Part shown: piece by piece, positions 13,390 through 24,403 of the stretch | Position numbering within the stretch: position 1 is the stretch's first letter | Layout of the letters: every line of letters begins with the position of its first letter | Source of the DNA: Blasia pusilla | Lineage: Eukaryota | Length of the DNA: 64,000 nt | NCBI GenBank assembly: GCA_050084515.1 | Contig: CM114271.1 | Location: 7,998,001-8,062,000 of the forward strand | Direction: 5' to 3' | Program-made: the position numbers and the translations under genes | Notes under the pieces: model-generated | What the model was told of the DNA's origin: nothing | Databases searched by the model: none | The model's input: the letters and a program-made list of their open reading frames with translations, nothing else

Positions 13390-16200
13390 ATCGTCCCCGC
13401 AACACTGCAAATACATGTCATGTTGATCCCTCCGAAGAGATCTAACACTCTCGTACCCTGCTCCAAACGCTGCCACATAACACGTGTGGTACCCAAAGAT
13501 ATCAATTCTCTACTCCAAGACCACAACCATCATATGACTCTATCTGGTCCAAGACACAGGCACGGCTCCACACCTGCCTCACAAGCTCATCTACACTCCA
13601 TGCAACTCAACGCTCATCCCCAACAACAATAAAGAAGCTCCAAACCATGGGAAGAGACACCCACTTTGGCATGTCTCTCCATGGGACTATCCAGTATGGG
13701 AATATCCTCCGCATGTGTGCTCCTCTCCTCAAACTCTCCTGATCAGCTAACAACACCTGTGAATGCTGCTAACGTGGTCACCGTATCTTCATGTGGTCGA
13801 CCACCATTACCCCAGCAAATAGCACCAGTAGATATGTGGCTCACCCATCCATCACGTGATCCCCACCCTGGCCGATAAGAAATTGTCTCCTCCCAAAAAT
13901 CCAAGATTAAAACAAGGGGATACAACACCGTACTCCCTACCAACATATCATATGACTCTATCAATGTCATAATCGCCCGAGTGCACATCGTCGCACTATC
14001 CGTCTCATGCTCTAGTTGGAATCTAACCACAAACTCATGTTGAGTCATATATTGCATGGGTAATACGCCCCCAATAGAGGTCTATATCTAAAAGGGACAA
14101 CGCTTGACGTAGTCTTTCCGTAACCCCAACGCAAAACATGCCACCTTCCCTAACATCAAAAGTTGCGCTCCCGAATCAGGTAGGACGCGGTGCGGGTGGT
14201 ACACTGTACCTGTGGGACTAACCAAGCAAAACACTCATGCTTGATTATCCAACAACACCATACCTGGTGTGATCATGGCTTGCTCTATCGCTGGCCTAAG
14301 TGGCATATCTACCTACTTTTCCGCCGCCACATGCCATGACTCAGTGGGGAACGTCCCGAGTACCAATTCCGAGGGTAAGTCCACCACCTTGTCAACTACC
14401 TCTGAACGAGAAGCAATCACCTCTCCACGCTCACACAACGTGGTGGCCAGCCAGAACACCTCCACTGGTCTGACTTCCAACATCGCCAACTCCTTGGTAG
14501 AAAACAACCGAGTCTGGCTCATCCTAGTGGCCACCTCCAACAACGTGATTGACACTAGCTCCACCCGAGCCGGCATGGAGTTGTCTCTCCAACTCCTCGT
14601 GACGTCGACACACTTGCCTAACCCGTAGGCACTACTCGTCATAGAGGCACCATTGACGGTGTATGAAGTGCCTCTAACAACGTGAATGATTGGGGAACCC
14701 TGACCTACCGCCCATCGGTCCACTTCTGTGGGTCAATCTCAACCCCACCTCTCGATGGCTCGGTTACTCTCATAGCACCCTGATTCACCACCGCAGCAGC
14801 CTCAACCTAAGCCGCACTACACATAAATCCCATACCACAAGAATCCTAGAGGCATAGAGCCGAGAGTAAGTAGTGTGGCTCCTGGCATAAATCCCATACC
14901 ACAAGGCAGGAGCCATACTACCTACTCTCGGCTTTGTGCATGTCCCTAGCTGCATTAGGATCATGGGAGCAATCCTCTGCTCCAACTGATCGATGAGAGT
15001 AAGGAGTGATGCATCAGGAGCACGTCCTTCATCTCCTATGAGTGGTGATTGAACTCTACCACCACAATCATTCACTACTCAATCTCCACCAACTCTCTCG
15101 CCCCCATATCCTCTACCTACCTCTAGACATACCTCTTGGCAAAGATCTAAACACCTATCCCTAGTGTGACCATATCGATGACAATGATCACATTGCAACT
15201 GTGGTGGGGCCATCCGAGATGGCTCCTCACTAATCAGAGGCGCCCTCGGTCCTCTACCATGTTGTGGGCAGTCCCTCTGCCTATGTGGCCCGCCACACAT
15301 CCAAAAAGCCAACCCTCATCCCTTCTAGGTAACATATGTCGGTACGGGCCCTTGCCTCATCGGCTCACGATATCCACCCTGCTCTCTCACCCCACCGGCC
15401 CACTCCTATGGTACTGGTGCATGCTAGGGCACATGTGGGGCTACTCCTACTCACAAACCCATTGAATCCCATGAAAATCCCGTGGTCACCACCTGCTCCT
15501 CAATCATGTTGAGCTCTACCCGCTCAGACAACTCAAAGACCACCTTCAGTATGGGCTTTGCTGTGTGAAGCAAAATCGCATCCCAAACTCTCCTCCGTAG
15601 CTCTTGGTCCGCCTCCTTGTACCAATATTGAACTGATTGTGCCTCAGTCATCCCATATGTCGTAAAGATCAACCTCAGCATGCTCGTGAATTGCCTCTCT
15701 CAGACTCTCACCCGATTGTCACTGAAACTCTTGTAGACTCTTCAACGTGTCGGTCCGCACGCCCTGGTAGCTCCTCCCCAACTGTCGGAAGAACTTCATT
15801 ATAGGACTAAAACTAGGTGGCCTTTTATCACTAGAGGTCTTTGCCACCTCACCACCCTCAGTGCCATCCTCTCCATCTAGTCCCTGAGCTGATGGTGTGG
15901 GCCTCTCTGCTCTCTCTATTCCATCATACGCCTCGCAACCACTAGTGGATACATACCCCGGAGCCCGATACATCCTCCAGGCATCGATCTCTACTGAGTG
16001 TAGCAATTACAACTCCATGTAATCATCCATCGGACGACCCTCCAAGTGTTGGAACAAACCCTTCCATGCCATAAAAGGGTTGAACCGTATAGGGGTCCAT
16101 ATCTCCTGGAAGTCGCACCATGTGTCAAACTCTTGGATGAAGTCTTCTAAATTGATGGTGCCCACTGTACCCGACCCGAGAAAAGACATATGCCCCCATG
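13390..16200 (-). pseudogene. Degenerate gag (two zinc knuckles) - aspartic protease - start of C5 DNA methyltransferase
   Basis: LEDFIQEFDTWCD (gag-like, ~16100-16150); WMCGGPHRQRDC and CDHCHRYGHTRDRC (15150-15305); RVLPDSGAQLLMLGK (~14150-14190); RVLDLFGGI (13425-13451). Confidence 0.75.
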
Positions 16201-19162
16201 GCCCATGTCATCCATCTCCTGCCAAGTGAGATTGCATGCCTCCGTTTGCAATCTCATCACCAGACCCGCTATCTAGTGATGACGATCCAGCCACGGATGG
16301 AAGTCGAGGTAGCTCCTCACTCAAAGCCCCTTGGTATCTCACTTCACTCTGTGTTACACCACCACTACTGCCCAAACTACCCCGTTCTTCCCAATGTCAT
16401 CGTGACAACCCTGTCTCACCCGCTCAAGCACTCAAACTCACCAAGAGTCTCCCACACTCCTCACTAGCTCACTTACACTAATGGTAATCCCATGACAACA
16501 CACTCGGCCTCATGCACACTCAACATTTGGGCTTACCCTAAGCCTCCTGACTAACTCTCACACACAAACATACTCTCGGGTCATAGACACGACCCCTACT
16601 CGGCAACCGCTGTATATCCACCAACATGCTACACATGAAAGGAGTCTATACTCGTCACCATAACTATACGCATCTAGCACCAACTACTACGTACCCGATA
16701 CCCAACACCCTCAATGACACGAGACAAGTGCGGAAAAAGGGACTCGAATAGGTAACCTGAATATACCTACCAATCTACTGCTCCGTCAACACTCACTGCT
16801 CCATGTGGCTCGGAAACCTCCATAGCACAGTCATCTCCTCACACAACACATCAACTCTCCTGTCAACGCATGTAGACCACCCGTCAGCATCGGCGTGTGT
16901 ATCTCCATCACAACCCTTGCAAACCATCTCCAACTAGGCAGACAATGACTCACGCATGGGCTGCCACAACGCCCTATGTGTTCGCGACCATAGGAGCTCA
17001 CCCGACTCCCTCCTACTTCCTCCTTATGCCGCTCTCTCGCCATTACGTACACCTTGGAGCGTTGGCTTAACTTTGCTCTAGGGCACATGGCCCTATGCCA
17101 GCTCCCCACAACCTCATATCTCCCTCTCTTCTCCTCCGTCTTGATGCCCTATGTACCTCCTTTGGCTCCCTCCCTTTGGACATGTGTTCCTATGGACATG
17201 ACTTTCCCTTTGCTACATCCCGCCCTACGATTGCTTCCATGGGGCTGCGGGTGCGACCCCCTCACGCTCTCTCTCTGTCTCTCCATACATACTTGACTCC
17301 TCCTTCCCTTCATAGTCCTGCCGCGCCTATCCTTGATGCTTTTTACTGTACCGTCTTGTTCCCACACTCCATTTGACACACGCGGCCGTATTTATCCCGA
17401 GCAAGCATCCCTATGGATGAGAGCCCCGCCTTAATGAGATCCCCAGGTCCCATGTACTTGACAGGCACACCTATGAGTCCCACTTAGCCTTCTCTCCGCC
17501 CATGCATGTCTCTCCCTTTCTTGGATGTGCTTTCACCTCATTCGTGCCATGGAACTCCCTCGTACTCTATTTTTTCTTTAGGCGCGTACGCTTTCACTTT
17601 CGACCAACCGTGCCTCCTCTCTACCGCGCCTTTAGCTACATACTCTGTTCTTGAAGTCTCCTACAATTTCATCATAATCTGTGAGCCTCCTGTAGGGCAG
17701 GGTCGCTACAAGATCTAAACATGTTGTTTTCTTTCTCGACATTCCCATTGTTTGACGATGCCACCCTTGCCGCCATCCTTCGTGCTACACTTGGTTGCTT
17801 GCTCTTGTCAATCTGCACTGACGAAATCTTTAAAAAAATAGACACCGCTTCTACGCACGGCCTTTTGAATGAAAAATAGACACCCAAACGCCAACCAACG
17901 TCTCTAGGGGCTCCCAACCCGAGGCAACTCGCTTGCCTACCTGCAAACAACAAAGTCCCCCTTCCCCCTTCATCTTTCTTATGCAAAAATAAGGGTAAAA
18001 ATGGCACACCTGACCTAAAACTCCACTTCTCAATCTACATTGGCATATCAACCCTCGTCCACCCTATGCTATCAGGGAATCCGGACGCTAGCACCTTGCT
18101 CCTATCTCACACACAAACAAGAGAGGTGATCCAACGGCCTAACATGAGAAAGATGGCTTGGGAAAGCCATCTCTCTCCCTTATATAGATGTGGGAATACC
18201 CAAAAGGCTCTTCCCCTAAAAATAGCAATCCTCATGGTAACTTGCGGGCATAGGTTACTAGGGGTGGATGACCTGCTCAACAAGTCATCCGGTTGTGAAA
18301 GACCCAAACAGGAAAGTCGTTAGAAATGACGTTCCTAACAAAACGGACCTATTCTCAACCTCGTTGGACACCTCGAGACGAAGCTATACTCAAGACAATC
18401 CGCTGGCTCTATATGACATTGTCACGATAGATCTCTACCTATCGGCTACTAAGACGTAACATAATGATCATCCATATACAATATTCAGGAATACACTAGT
18501 ATCACAATTTTCCTTAAAACAAAGATAATAAGTGTAGGTACATGTAGTGAAGCAAGTGGCTACTCCAAACGATATGCAAAATCCCATGAAAGGATGGGGA
18601 AACAAAGTTCCACATGAAAAAAATACAGTAGGACATTCAAAAAATTGAATATATGAACATTTTTTAGGAGGAAGATGTTGCAATACCAACAACTGCTAAC
18701 AATGATGTATGTGAGTCTGTCATTGCTTGAGATCTATAATTATACTAATTAGGCGTTAAGTCATTGCATATGATTTGTTGAATAGAAAATATTTGTGTAG
18801 TCGTCACCAGAAAAAATTGAGTCTCAAGAAATGCATTGCATGAAGTGTAGTATAGTACAATCAGAAAAAATTAATTCACTTGTCAAATAAAAGTGAATTA
18901 ATTAAGTGATTACAGCCTTGTGAGAAATATGAGGTAAGGACCTCTTGAGTCTAGAAATTCGAAGAGATGGAAGCACATTCCTTGTGTAGGTTTGAAAAAA
19001 ATAGTAAAGTGGTTATCCCTAAATTGTAGTGACAAATGAAAAAGTAATTGTATAAGTCAGTATGATAACTACAAAGAGTGGGGGCCATATAAGATGTGTT
19101 CACACCCTTGTGCCAACATGATGCCTGAGTACATATTGAATAGAAAATTCAGAAAGCTAATA

Positions 19163-19308
19163 TGTCGTGCACATACACATCACTACACAACATACATCGT
19201 TGTTGCCAAACACACACACAAACTTACAAGATCCCATGCTAACTCATGACATCCAAACATCGAGACGAGAAGTACCAAAATATCTCAAATAAATCAAGTA
19301 GATTTCAC

Positions 19309-19393
<85 letters not shown>

Positions 19394-20138
19394 AAACCAA
19401 CCCACTCTTCTAATGAGAGGTCTGGGTTACACACATAAGGCAAGGAGGCCATAGCTCCGCCGCCTCATGCCAAGAAGTTAAACAAAGAGAGAATGAGCTC
19501 TCGAGCTCTCTCTCTTTGAGGTATATCCCCTTCCCTCTCCCAAGCTCTCTCCACGATAACCTATGCTTGCAGGTCACCTCCTTGGCTCTTAACTTTCTCT
19601 AGCAGGTCAAGGATCACTTCCCAAAGTGTAAACCCAACTATACTCAATATGGAAACTTACCTAAAATAATAAGTTTCTCTGTATGGCTCCAAATGAGGTG
19701 AAATGAAGGGGAAACTTGCTCTCTCAGGTTACTTGTGACCTCAATAGGTCATCCTCGACCTCTCAAAGCTCTCCTCGAGTATCTCTAAAGGCGTTCTACT
19801 AGATCTCATGGATCCAATCTAAAAGAGATGACAGTTGTCATGTGCATACACATCGCTACACAATATACATTGTTGTACCAAACACACATACAAAGACGCA
19901 CGATCACATACTAACTCATGGCATCCAAACATCGAGACAAAAGGACCAAAATATGTCTAATCACCCCCTAGTTGCTGGTTAGGTCCCTCTAACTCCATAT
20001 AGTCATCTATCCCTACCTACCATAATATACATCTCTAGGACGCTAACAAAAAAAAGGTCGGGTGCTCATGCGGCCCCATCATTAGTCGTTTTCTTGTCAT
20101 CCATATCACAAACATAAGTTGAAATCTATAATAACCTA

Positions 20139-20174
<36 letters not shown>

Positions 20175-21365
20175 GGCACATCCATCGTCCCCAAGGAACC
20201 CTAGTGAGAAGTGGCGTCAGACATGCCATATGTCATCCTTTCGAACATCCATCACATACTAGCATAGTGGTTGTACCACAAGCGGAACCACACAACATAG
20301 ATCAAAAGCCTACAAGAACTAATATTAAGCTCAGATCAACTGTACCTTTAATGTTAGGAAGGTGATATGGCGCAAAATCACACACGTGGTCCTTCCAAAT
20401 CATACCATTTAGTCCCTCCAATAAGAGAACACCATATGGCAAAACCTCCCATACTCTCAAGACGTTGGATGTGACTACATGGCGCATTGTTTTGAGAGTA
20501 TGGGAGGTTTTGCCATATGTTATTCTCTTATTGGAGGGACACAATGGTATGATTTGGAAGGACCACGTGTGTGATTGTGCGCCATATCACCTTCCTAACA
20601 TTAAAGGTATAGTTGATCTGAGCTTAATATTAGTTCTTGTAGGCTTTTGATCTATGTTGTGTGGTTCCGCTAGTGGTGCAACCATTATGCAAGGTTTCAT
20701 CAAGGAGACTATGTTTACTTGCATTAGACGTAGTCTCCTTGATGAAACCTCTGGATAGTTGGTCCATAACCACCTCCCCAAATATTCGCATACCTCAAGA
20801 TATCCCGATGTTACACAATCGCCAAGTTCTCAAATGCCATGTGTATCATTCTCTAAAACAACTTATAACTCTCAAAATATGCTCACATCCATACATCAGG
20901 ATCATCAAGGTTCAATACCTCACCAACATTTCAAGAAATGGCCACAAGTAAATTTGGATCTCGACCATAAAGCAAAAAATACATTAAGAAAGACATTAAG
21001 GATGCTTGCATGCTGAATCTGTACCCCATTGCCAACCACGGAAAATTGAGGTTCCAATCTCCTAGATGACCTCTCTACAAGCCATACTTATGTTCACCTC
21101 TCTTCACTGTCTGCGCAACTCTCTCTGCTAGTCCATACGCCTTAAGATGATTTCGTGAAGTGGTGTGGTGGTCGATTAGCGCCTAATCACACAAGGCCTG
21201 AAACTCCCAACAAAACTTGGTACCCTGGTCTGTCAGCACCTCAACTGGTGTGCCATAATGACTCAACACTCGATCTAGGAAGGCATACCCTACTCCTCCA
21301 CTCGCTTTGTCAGGAAATGCAATCAACTCTATCCACTTTGAGAAATGCTCGACCATCATCAACAT
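19163..21365 (-). mobile_element. 3' part of a related Ty3/gypsy-like element: integrase core, C-terminal PHD finger, PPT, terminal repeat
   Basis: EHFSKWIELIAFPDK...VLTDQGTKF (rve, 21183-21365); MLCGSACGTTTMLVCDGCSKG*HMACLTPLLTRVPWGRWMC (PHD, ~20175-20300); PPT AACTAGGGGGTGA (19961-19973); TGTCG(19163)..TGACA(19833) repeat plus a second copy of its first ~125 bp at 19836-19960. Confidence 0.8.
19313..19390. repeat. (TC)n microsatellite, ~39 units, inside the terminal repeat
   Basis: Directly visible. Confidence 0.98.
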
Positions 21366-22488
21366 AGGGCTGATATTCTGGCAAGAGAGAGTAAGAGTGG
21401 AGACGAAGAGATGAAGAGAGGAGAATCTCTCTTAAATAAAAAGGACAAAATCCTTAATCTCTTTTCCAAACTTTCTTCTATTTTTTAAGATTCTCCTCTA
21501 CTTCAATTGCAATAAATGTTTAGAAGAGAGATCTAAGTGAACTAGATTGGTGCACAAACTAACCTTATTTTTTCATACCAAGATGTGAAGTTGGAAACGT
21601 GAAGCTTGCTTCGGACATGCTCGAATCCTCTATGTGCAAGAAAGATTAGGGACTGAAGGGTATAAGAGCTCTTACTAAACTATCTCTGTAAGCCATATTT
21701 ACGATTAGACAAGGAGACAAGGATCAATCTTCTCAATAGATGAAAAGATTTTGGGTTCTTAATGCAAGACTCCCAACCTCATTCCCAACACTTTGTCATA
21801 ATTCAACAACCAGTCATGACAATCTTGGAGATAAAGGAACTCAAAAAGAGGAGAGGAGATTTGTTGATAGACTTATTCACAAACTCCATTACAGTTTTTT
21901 GGAAATCAAAATGTTGCAAGAAATGGATACTAAAGATGCACTTGGAAGCACAGGATACACAGAGAAGTTTGCAACCTCTTAGAAAAACAGATGCTATAGA
22001 AGATTAGTTTGAAGTGAATGGAAGAACCAGAGGAAAAAACATAAGAATTTTTCCATGAAACTTGTAAGAATCCGATAGGTTGCATGACATGACTAGAAGA
22101 GCTAGAGTTGTAAGATATGACTAATCAGAGATAAGGAAAAAAAAATGAGAGGAAAGACATGACCATTGAAATACCAAAGGAAATAACATGACCTACATGT
22201 GAAGATACGACAAGAAACTCGCACATTCCATTCTGATCAGATTTGAGAAAAAAGAAAGAGCAACTGAAATTAATAGGAGGAAATCATCTAGTAGAGGAAG
22301 AGTTGGAAGATATGAGTCATCAGAGATAAGGAAAAAAAAAAAAAAACAACCTATCATCTATGTGGAAATATGATAGGAAACCCACACGTTTAGATCAGAG
22401 ATTAGGAAAAAAAAAAGAGCGACTCAAGTCACCCAAACATGCAACTTGTCAAAATCCGAGAGGTTGCATGATAGCATGTAAACAAAAA

Positions 22489-23514
22489 TGTCGTGCGCCT
22501 ACTCCCCTCGAACGTCAATCTTAGAGTTGCGGAAGTGTACGTTCAGTAGGGCACGCTCTCATCACCGACTTGCATCCAAATGGACTCACGATAGCCTAGT
22601 TTGGTTCAAGCAGCCTTCCAACCCACCGAGTCCTTGACTCGGCACCTCATCAAGCTGAACCTTCCCTTATTCCTAGGTTCCCAACATAGGCTTGTCTTGC
22701 GAGACTTGGGAACAGACTTTCTGGTTAGTCCAGGTACCTAAAACGGTGTTTGCGTGCCTAGTGGTCCCAATCGTCCAATGGGCCTCGCATGAGCCCCCTA
22801 ACAAAGACTCACCAAGTGAGTCGCGGGTTGGAGTCCAATAGGGAACTCAAAAATCCTCTCTATTGGACTTAGTTTGGGTTTCTGATCCCAACGCCAAAAC
22901 TCCCGATCCATTCCGTGCCCTTAAGTCGCCCCGCCGCGCCCAAAGTGGGCATTGAGTCTCAAGCACCCTTGGAGACCTTCCCCCTTACTATTAATTTTGG
23001 GGATTCCCGGACTCCCTCTATCTTTGGGGAAGGGACATCCGGGCCCCTCTTTTTGGCCCTTAATCCCACTCCCTATACGGTTAGTTTTGCCCCATATCTT
23101 AGCCTCTACTTAAGCATTTGCCAAGATCTTTGGTGCGATGGAACCATCTTTGCATAAGCTTTCCAATTCTACCTTAATTTTTCCAAATTCATCTTGTGAC
23201 TAAAATTTATGGTCAAAAGTACAGTTGAAAACTCCAAACGCTAGCCACGTCCCAAGTCTGGTTCTCACCCCTTGGCCACGTCTCCTCCACAACTCGACTT
23301 CTCTTGAGTCCGAGTTCCGCGTTTGGTTTTAGTTTCCTTAGTTACAACTATAAACGCACGAAAAACTTAGAACGCTCACCTTGCTTGCATCTCGTACTTG
23401 TGTTTCTTAACGTGTCTCGTCTTGAGACCTCTCCAAAGCGCAAACCATCCTAGTGTGAGCCCGCTAGAGTTTGGATGTTCCGCTTGGCGCTTGTTTGGTT
23501 ATGAGGGTCACCAA
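22489..23514 (-). mobile_element. Solo LTR, family X, inserted in MULE copy 1
   Basis: Starts TGTCGTGCGCCTACTC; full-length similarity to 12148-12990; A-rich flanks on both sides. Confidence 0.8.
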
Positions 23515-24403
23515 GAAAAAGGTATGAGAATGATTTTTCATCCATATGAATAAATGTTAGGAAACACAAGTTCCATTAAGACCTTCAACCCGTCGGAATC
23601 TGACAGGTTGCAAGACATGACAACATGAGGAAAAGTTTAGAGACACAACTCCCAAGGGAAAGATAAAAAAAGATAAGGAAAACATTGATACCACTTGCAA
23701 CCTGTCGGAATCCGACAGGTTGCAAGCAATGTCTTTGATTTCTTTATCTTGCAACCCGTCAGAGTCAACGGGTTGCAAGACACTACCATAAACCATAAGA
23801 GGTTATTTGAGACCTCTTATACAAGTTTGAACCTATCAAAAACCAAAATCTCACAGATCACATCCCCAATCAGATATGTGACATGTTCAGAATCCTATGG
23901 GTTGCGAGGCACTACAATCGTCTAGTAGAGTCCAAGAGAGACCAGACACACCACAAAAAAAAAGAGCATAAATTATAGTTTGAACCTGTCAGAATCCGAC
24001 ATGTTGAAGGTTGCAAGCAACGTAGAAAAGCAAAAAGTAAGAAACCGCTTGACTATTGAGACAAGCAACTCGTCAAAATCCGATGAATTTCACGTCAAAG
24101 GCAATGAAAAAATGCATATACGGTTTAAAAAACCAACTCATCATTCAGTCATGCAACTCGTGTAATCCTCTAGAATCCTACTAGTTGCAAGATATCCCAT
24201 CATTCCAAATGACGCTCCTAGAGAAAACCAAACAATAGCCATGCATGGAAGAGTATCAATTCAACTTTGAACTTGTTGGAATTTGACATAAAAAAAAACA
24301 ACACGCCATTCAAATCAAGAGAAGAATTGAATGAAAATAAAGTCCCTTATTACAATCTGATTGCAACTTTGAAATTTACAATTTATTTCCTAAACTAGAA
24401 AGT

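Larger units (their letters stand above)
11725..18461 (-). mobile_element. Non-autonomous Ty3/gypsy-like retroelement (gag-protease-C5 MTase remnant) with asymmetric terminal repeats
   Basis: Ends TGTCG(11725)...TAACA(18461) flanked by TAAT/TAAT. Block 11865-12147 + 12991-13140 is repeated at 17985-18455; block 11725-11850 is repeated at ~13152-13275. PPT-like AACTAGGAGG near 13290-13300 (minus). No RT or integrase seen. Confidence 0.8.

Noticed and set aside
11725-18461. DIRS/Ngaro tyrosine-recombinase element
   Set aside because: Repeat layout fits, but an aspartic protease, TG..CA ends, a TSD and an rve integrase in the relative argue against it; no recombinase motif seen.
18462-19162. 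AT-rich segment (with 10900-11720) as another decayed transposase
   Set aside because: No motif I could assign with confidence.
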